Origin: an uncultured Lachnospiraceae bacterium
Lineage (GTDB): Bacteria > Bacillota > Clostridia > TANB77 > CAG-508
Direction: 5' to 3'
NCBI GenBank assembly: GCA_964584475.1
Contig: CAZPAF010000001.1
Location: 22,094-86,093, forward strand
Length of the DNA stretch: 64,000 nt
The notes under the pieces were generated by a model that had not been told where the DNA came from, searched no databases, and was given only the letters and a program-made list of their open reading frames with translations. Numbering within the stretch: position 1 is the stretch's first letter; the number at the start of each line of letters is the position of its first letter. Made by a program: the position numbers and the translations under genes. Shown here piece by piece: positions 58,140 through 64,000 of the stretch.

Positions 58140-58832
58140 TTATTCTTGCTCTTCATGTTCTCCATGTTCATTTACAACTTCACTTTTTGAAGGACTTATA
58201 AGTTTTTCTGGATCAATAGAGTTAATTTTCTCTTTATCCTCTTCTTTCAAACTCCACCACTTTTTATCATCTTTTGTAGCAAGTTCATTACTTTCTGCAA
58301 GTCTTTTTTTATCTCCTCTTAAAAGATGCAATAATTTCTTTTTTAAATCAAATCCAAATGGTTTATAAGATGGACATATTCCTTCGTGATAATATATTGA
58401 TGGATTAGAACTATCATATAGTTCTGGATTTTCAAGGATTTTTGATGCGACATTTAACCACTCAGTTGAAATATTATTATTAATTCCTCTAAAATCTACA
58501 TATGTTCCTCTTATATGATCATCTGCAAACGTTGTTACAACATTACGATTTGATAAAACTTTTCCTAAATGTCTTATCATTTCTATGTTTTCATCTGTAA
58601 CTTTAAGATTAACATATGCAGGTCTACTACCGTGACCAGAACAACAAAATTGGCTTGGTGCTCCGTGTTTATATGCTGTTTTTAAAAACAGAGTTAAATT
58701 TTTATCACCTTCACCAAATTGATTAAATAATTTTTCTCTAGTCTCTTCGTCTAATAATTCTAAATCTATTCTACCAGCAGAAGGTTCAACATCTTTCTCT
58801 AGCATTTTAATTATTCTTTCTTTTAAACCCAT
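58140..58832 (-). CDS. Hypothetical 230-aa cytoplasmic protein
   Basis: GAGGGA RBS. Contains a CCSGHGSRPAYVNL block and an acidic tail. No family recognised. Confidence 0.55.
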   Translation of the reverse strand: MGLKERIIKMLEKDVEPSAGRIDLELLDEETREKLFNQFGEGDKNLTLFLKTAYKHGAPSQFCCSGHGSRPAYVNLKVTDENIEMIRHLGKVLSNRNVVTTFADDHIRGTYVDFRGINNNISTEWLNVASKILENPELYDSSNPSIYYHEGICPSYKPFGFDLKKKLLHLLRGDKKRLAESNELATKDDKKWWSLKEEDKEKINSIDPEKLISPSKSEVVNEHGEHEEQE

Positions 58833-58955
58833 AATTTCCCTCTATAAAAATAAATACTTTATTTAATTAAAACATATATTTTTTTTTATTACAATTACTA
58901 TTATGTAACAATTTAATAATGTAAAAAATTTCTAATTTTATCACAAGGAGGTTTT

Positions 58956-59534
58956 ATTATAAAAAAATTTCTTATTATATTTTTCACTTTATTTGTATTT
59001 ATTGTTATCTCTTCTATTGATTTATTTTTACTAAAAAATCAATTTTCAAATACACAAAACTCTATTACTTCTTTGTATTATTTTTCTAGCGATAACTTTT
59101 TTTGGCCTCTTCCTGGTTATCACCAAATAACTTCTTATTTTGGACCAAGAACTTCACCAACAAATGGAGCTTCTTCAAATCATTCTGGAATTGATATTGC
59201 AGCGCAAGAAGGAACTTCTATATATTCTGTTTGTAGTGGTTTTGTAACTCATACTGGTTTTAAAGGTGCTTATGGTCACACTATAATTATCGAAAAAAAT
59301 AATTTAGAATTTCTTTATGCTCATGTATCTCCCACATACATTGTACATATTGGTGATTATATATATGAAAATAATATAATTGGATACGTTGGTCCGAAAT
59401 ATTTAAATTCTGGAGTCTCTTCTTATACGGATTCATCAGGAAGATTCACAAATGGTGCAACTACAGGACCACATCTACATTTAAGCATAAAAAAAGACGG
59501 CATAGCCGTCAATCCTTTATTATATTTTAAATAA
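58956..59534 (+). CDS. M23 family metallopeptidase (LytM/lysostaphin-type), probably with non-canonical ATT/ATA start
   Basis: HSGIDIAA, YAHVS and GPHLHLS motifs. The ORF track starts at TTG 59073, which has no SD and no signal peptide. The frame is open from 58920. GGAGG at 58947-58951 precedes ATT (58956) and ATA (58959), followed by a KKFLIIFFTLFVFIVISSI anchor. Confidence 0.6.
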   Translation: MIKKFLIIFFTLFVFIVISSIDLFLLKNQFSNTQNSITSLYYFSSDNFFWPLPGYHQITSYFGPRTSPTNGASSNHSGIDIAAQEGTSIYSVCSGFVTHTGFKGAYGHTIIIEKNNLEFLYAHVSPTYIVHIGDYIYENNIIGYVGPKYLNSGVSSYTDSSGRFTNGATTGPHLHLSIKKDGIAVNPLLYFK

Positions 59535-59537
59535 AGA

Positions 59538-60104
59538 TTAAATTCTTTCCATATATAAACCTGTTCTTGTGTCTATTCTTACAACATCTCCGATTTCTAC
59601 AAATAGAGGTACAGATATTTCTAATCCGTTTTCTAATGTAGCTGGTTTTCCTGATGTTGTTGTTGTGTTTCCACTAAATCCTGGTTCTGTATATGTTACT
59701 TCTAATTCTACGAACATTGGTGGTTCTACGTTAAATACTTTTCCTTTAAAAGATAATACTGTTACATTCATATTTTCTTTTATGTATTTTAATGCATCTC
59801 CTAATTGTTCTTCATTTAATGGAATTTGTTCATATGTGTTGTTATCCATTAAATAATATAATCCACCATCATTATATAAGTATTGCATTTCTCTTTTTTC
59901 GATTTCTGCACCTTGTAATTTTTCTGATGGGTTAAATGTTCTTTCTATAACAGCTCCTGTTATAACATTTTTCATTTTAACTCTAACGAAAGCAGCTCCT
60001 TTACCAGGTTTTACGTGTTGGAATTCAACAACTTTAAAAACATTTCCATCTAATTCGAATGTATTGTTATTTCTTAAATCTCCTGCCATGTATACGTCAG
60101 CCAT
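59538..60104 (-). CDS. efp: Elongation factor P
   Basis: [16 protein letters not shown] with the conserved modified Lys loop; 188 aa. Confidence 0.95.
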   Translation of the reverse strand: MADVYMAGDLRNNNTFELDGNVFKVVEFQHVKPGKGAAFVRVKMKNVITGAVIERTFNPSEKLQGAEIEKREMQYLYNDGGLYYLMDNNTYEQIPLNEEQLGDALKYIKENMNVTVLSFKGKVFNVEPPMFVELEVTYTEPGFSGNTTTTSGKPATLENGLEISVPLFVEIGDVVRIDTRTGLYMERI

Positions 60105-60178
60105 TTTAATTCTCCCCTTTTCCTTTTATTTCAACTATTTTATATTATACAATAATTTTATTATTTAATCAAGTATTT

Positions 60179-61246
60179 TTAGGCTAATTTAATTATAGTA
60201 TAATTTCTTTTACTTTTTGTCATACTTTCAGAATCTAATTTTGTTACTCTACAAGTATCTTCTATTCTAACTCCAAATTTTCCTGGAATATAAACGCCTG
60301 GTTCTATTGCTATTATTGAGTTTTCTTTTAAGATATTATCTTGATTAGAACGCAACACTGGTAATTCGTGTATTTCTAAACCTACACCATGTCCAAAAGC
60401 ATGCATTATTTGATAATTTTTAAGTTTATATTCAGTTTCTCTATCTTTTATAACTGTTTTAATATTTGCTCCGTCTTTTAAGCATTCTTTTAATCTTTTT
60501 TGTTCATCTAAAACAAAATCATAAACTTCTTTATATTCTTCTTTCATTTCTTCAACAAAAACAACTCTTGAAAAATCGGAACAATAACCATTTACTTTAG
60601 CCCCAAAATCGAATTGAATTATATCACCTTTTTGTACTACTCTATCAGTTGGAACTGCATGTGGCATTGATGAATTTTCTCCAAAAGCAACTATTGTTTC
60701 AAAAGCTCTATCATCTGCTCCATTTGAAATCATAAATCTTTCAATTTCAAATGTAACTTCTTTTTCTGTCATACCTTTTTTTATGTTTCTAATAATATAT
60801 TCAAATGCTTTGTCTGTTATTTCACAGGCTTTTTTTATTGAATTATATTCTTCCTCATCTTTAACAATTCTTTGATTTTCTAAAAGATTTTCTGTTTCAA
60901 TTAAATTTACTTGATATGTATGCAAATATTTTTTGTATTTTTCATAAGTAAGATAACTTTCCTCAAATCCAACATTTTCATCAAGCATAAAAAATCCTTC
61001 ATAATCATATTTACTAAGATTTCTTGAATCATAAGCTATTATTTCATCATCTAATGTTAATTTGTGATTTACACTTTCAATATATCTACTGTCAGTAATA
61101 AATACATTTTCTCTTTGAGCTAAAATTAAAGATCCTTCTTCTGAAAGTCCTGTTAAATACCTTATGTTTATTGGATTTGAAACTATAATTCCATCTAATT
61201 TTAATGGAATTAATTGATTTCTAAGCCATTTAATTCTTGGGTTCAT
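60179..61246 (-). CDS. Xaa-Pro aminopeptidase/dipeptidase (M24B family)
   Basis: DFGAKVNGYCSD, HGVGLEIHE, EPGVY and IEDT metal-ligand blocks. The ATG at 61246 lies 6 nt after GGAGGG (the ORF-track ATG at 61252 abuts the SD). Confidence 0.85.
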   Translation of the reverse strand: MNPRIKWLRNQLIPLKLDGIIVSNPINIRYLTGLSEEGSLILAQRENVFITDSRYIESVNHKLTLDDEIIAYDSRNLSKYDYEGFFMLDENVGFEESYLTYEKYKKYLHTYQVNLIETENLLENQRIVKDEEEYNSIKKACEITDKAFEYIIRNIKKGMTEKEVTFEIERFMISNGADDRAFETIVAFGENSSMPHAVPTDRVVQKGDIIQFDFGAKVNGYCSDFSRVVFVEEMKEEYKEVYDFVLDEQKRLKECLKDGANIKTVIKDRETEYKLKNYQIMHAFGHGVGLEIHELPVLRSNQDNILKENSIIAIEPGVYIPGKFGVRIEDTCRVTKLDSESMTKSKRNYTIIKLA

Positions 61247-61257
61247 ATACATCCCTC

Positions 61258-62028
61258 CTATATTAATGGTATTTTCTCACTAATTATTTTACATATTAAT
61301 AAAAATTTATCAAAAACCATCCCAACTGGTATAAAAACACAAACCATAGCTGATATTGCTAAAAACGGTCCAAATGGTATGTATTCATCTTTATTTTTTG
61401 TTATTAATCTAAATGTTAATATTAAAATAGAAAACATTGCAGCAATTAAAAATGATAAAAGTGAAATTTCAGAAATTGAATATATTCCAAAATAAAGTCC
61501 TATAGCAGCTGTAAATTTTATATCACCCATTCCCATTGCTTCTTTTCCAAAGATAATACCTCCAAGTAAAGTAATTACGCCAAATATTACTCCACCTGCA
61601 AGCATTCCTAATATATAATCTTTAGCCATATTAACATTTGTTATTCCATAAATAAAACAAATTATAAGTCCTACTTCTAAAATAGTTAAATTTAATCTAT
61701 TTGGAATTATTCTATGTTTCATATCTATAGCTAGCGCTAAAACTAGCATTGGAGATAAAATTAAAAATTTAATTAACTCTAAATTTTTAATTATTCCCTC
61801 TTCGTTTAATCCAAATCTATATAATAATGCAATATAAATTGTTCCAGTAATTATCATAAAAATATAATTGGCTTTTATCCCCTTTTTATTTTCTTCAAAA
61901 AATTCTTTTGAAAAAATTTTCTTTTTTTCAGGAAGTCTTATATTACACCATGCAACAAATTTTCCAACAATTAAACCTACTATAAAAATTGCAACATAGA
62001 TTAATATATGTACATTGTTAAAATACAT
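61258..62028 (-). CDS. Type IV prepilin peptidase (A24 family)
   Basis: Polytopic, with the two catalytic Asp blocks DMKHRIIPN and GMGDIKF. The ATG at 62028 has AGGTGG upstream. Confidence 0.8.
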   Translation of the reverse strand: MYFNNVHILIYVAIFIVGLIVGKFVAWCNIRLPEKKKIFSKEFFEENKKGIKANYIFMIITGTIYIALLYRFGLNEEGIIKNLELIKFLILSPMLVLALAIDMKHRIIPNRLNLTILEVGLIICFIYGITNVNMAKDYILGMLAGGVIFGVITLLGGIIFGKEAMGMGDIKFTAAIGLYFGIYSISEISLLSFLIAAMFSILILTFRLITKNKDEYIPFGPFLAISAMVCVFIPVGMVFDKFLLICKIISEKIPLI

Positions 62029-62029
62029 T

Positions 62030-62527
62030 TTAACCACCTATTTTTTTCAAATAATTTTTAATAACTAATTCTTCTATTGGTCTTTTAAACCTTGTCATCC
62101 ACAAATCTTTTTCAGCTAATGGTTTTACTAAAATTGAAAACATTTTCATTCTATTAGCTCCAATAACATCTGTAAATATTTGATCTCCAATTGCAGCGAT
62201 ATTTTCATTTGGAATTTCTAATTTTTTTTGCGCCATTTTAAAACCTCTTTTTAAAGGTTTCATAGCAAATTTTATATATTCGATTCCAAGTAAATCTGCA
62301 ACCATTTTTACTTTTGTTTCTTTATTTGAATTAGATAAAATTATGCATTTTATCTTATTTTCTTTCATTACTTTTCCCCAGTTTTCTAAACCGTCAATAA
62401 TTTTTAAATCAAAATCTAAAAGTGTATTATCTACATCTAATATTAATGCTTTTATATTATTTTCTTTCAAAATTTCTGGTGTTACTTCTAATATATTTTT
62501 ACAATATAATCTAGGATAAATTTTCAT
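62030..62527 (-). CDS. yqeG: YqeG-family HAD-IIIA phosphatase
   Basis: LILDVDNTL (motif I), ILSNS, GDQIFTDV; 165 aa. Confidence 0.8.
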   Translation of the reverse strand: MKIYPRLYCKNILEVTPEILKENNIKALILDVDNTLLDFDLKIIDGLENWGKVMKENKIKCIILSNSNKETKVKMVADLLGIEYIKFAMKPLKRGFKMAQKKLEIPNENIAAIGDQIFTDVIGANRMKMFSILVKPLAEKDLWMTRFKRPIEELVIKNYLKKIGG

Positions 62528-62695
62528 TGATATTCCTCCATTTTATTCATATATATATTACCAATATGTTACGTTTTTGTCAATTTCATTTATAATTTAT
62601 TCTATCTGTATTACTTTTTATTTTACTCATTTACATTTTATTTTTTTAAATATATAATAATTTTGCCAATATTTAGATTATTTAGGAGTAAATTT

Positions 62696-63997
62696 ATGGA
62701 AAATATATCTGACTCTAATATAAAATTTTATAAAAAAAGAAATCGTAGGCTTTTTGTTTTATATAAATTTTTAGCCAACGATTTACTTTTTTATTATACA
62801 ATATCATTCTTGTTTTTATCAAACGTAAAAGGATTATCTACTGCACAAATTGTTTTTGCTGAATCATTTTATCCTATTTTTAAATTAATTTTTCAATTTC
62901 CATGTACAATTGGAATTCAAAAATTTGGTAAAAAAAGGTCTTTGCTATTTGCTAATTTATGTGTTAGTATTTATCTATTTTTAGTTCTTATATTAAATAC
63001 TACATTTGAATTGATTTTAGCCAATATCTTTTGTGCAATCGGTTTTGTTATAAAAGGAATTACTGAATCAAATTTCTTATTTGATTCTCTTGAAGATACA
63101 GAAAACAAAAAAGAAAATTTCTCAAAATTAGAAGGAAAAGCTTCTGCCGGATTCTTTTTTATAGATGCAATAACAGCTTTGGCTACAGGATTTTTATATT
63201 TAATAAATCCTTATATTCCTATGATATTATCTTGTATTTGTATGATTTTAGCAATTCTAATAGCTTGCTTCTTCCGTGAAATACCTACTTCTCAAAATCA
63301 AGAAAAAATAAAAACAAAATTCACAAAACAAATTAAAACTCAAATTTCAGATACTTTTACTGGATTCAAATATATTTTAAAATCAACAAGACTTAGAGCT
63401 TTAATTTTTTTCAATGCTTTACTTGTTAGTTTACTAATTTTAATGGTTACATTACATCGAAGTATTTTAGATTCTGTTGGAGTTACTTCTGAATATTTTG
63501 GAATTATATTTGCTATTATGGGAATTGTAATTAGTTTCTCTTCTAGTAGAAGTATACATATACATAAAAAATATCATAACAAAACACTATCTATTTTAGG
63601 AATTTTACTAACAATTTCAATTATTATAACTGGATTATGCACAATAATAAATTTACCAAAAGTATTAATGTATTTTGTTTTACTTTTAATGATTTCTATA
63701 TCTTATATGGTAAAAGGACCGCATTATGTTTTGATAAAACAATACTTAAATAGTTTTTGTGATAGCAATATGAGAATAAAAATATATTCTGCAAATCTTT
63801 TCTTTGAATATATTTGCACAGCAACAATCTCTATGATAACATCAGGACTGCTAAATTATTTCTCAAGTTCTTACGCTGCATTAATTGTTGGAATAATTTC
63901 ATTTGTATTAATGATTTTCTTAATAAAATATATGTCTACACGAGTTGGCCTAAAACCAGAAGAATATTCAGAAAAAGACGTTTGTTTAACAAAATAA
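62696..63997 (+). CDS. MFS-type transporter
   Basis: About 12 TM segments. The ATG at 62696 follows AGGAG plus 7 nt (the ORF-track TTG at 62663 is less likely). Confidence 0.65.
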   Translation: MENISDSNIKFYKKRNRRLFVLYKFLANDLLFYYTISFLFLSNVKGLSTAQIVFAESFYPIFKLIFQFPCTIGIQKFGKKRSLLFANLCVSIYLFLVLILNTTFELILANIFCAIGFVIKGITESNFLFDSLEDTENKKENFSKLEGKASAGFFFIDAITALATGFLYLINPYIPMILSCICMILAILIACFFREIPTSQNQEKIKTKFTKQIKTQISDTFTGFKYILKSTRLRALIFFNALLVSLLILMVTLHRSILDSVGVTSEYFGIIFAIMGIVISFSSSRSIHIHKKYHNKTLSILGILLTISIIITGLCTIINLPKVLMYFVLLLMISISYMVKGPHYVLIKQYLNSFCDSNMRIKIYSANLFFEYICTATISMITSGLLNYFSSSYAALIVGIISFVLMIFLIKYMSTRVGLKPEEYSEKDVCLTK

Positions 63998-64000
63998 TTA

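Noticed and set aside
61214-61495. 93-aa plus-strand ORF antisense to the prepilin peptidase gene
   Set aside because: It is antisense to a gene carrying both catalytic Asp motifs, and it has no translation signals.
1-64000. Search for CRISPR arrays, rRNA, IS elements, integrases, restriction-modification or toxin-antitoxin pairs
   Set aside because: I saw no regularly spaced repeats, no rRNA-like GC-rich blocks, and no transposase or recombinase-like ORFs. The only RNA gene found is tRNA-Trp.

Overview
Very AT-rich chromosome segment from an endospore-forming Firmicute, probably Clostridia-like (SpoIVA and a GerA-type germinant receptor are present). Almost every gene is on the minus strand. 

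Positions 1-28.3 kb form one large cell-envelope glycan locus with three predicted transcription units:
- an rml operon (rfbD-A-C-B);
- a roughly 16 kb Wzx/Wzy-type unit. It starts with PglF/PglE/PglC-like enzymes, continues through an ATP-grasp / GNAT / PLP-fold / FemAB-like block, a GT4, a flippase, two ligase/polymerase-like paralogs and two unknown membrane proteins, and ends with galE;
- an ABC-transporter (Wzm/Wzt) unit with GT2 enzymes and a methyltransferase-fold coiled-coil protein.

The rest of the window is mostly housekeeping: glmU-like, typA, plsC, cmk, glgP, cdd, dxs, spoIVA, efp, a pepP-like peptidase, a prepilin peptidase, yqeG and tRNA-Trp. Interspersed are a SipW signal-peptidase cluster with four candidate exported substrates, a gerA-B-C operon, and several orphan proteins. 

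The strongest anomaly is a self-contained cassette of about 46% GC at 29.77-30.29 kb. It has a consensus promoter, a strong SD, a 142-aa orphan ORF and a GC-rich terminator, and it sits between two host transcription units with no mobility genes nearby. 

I saw no CRISPR array, rRNA, transposase or integrase. All family calls come from motif recognition by eye, not from database searches.
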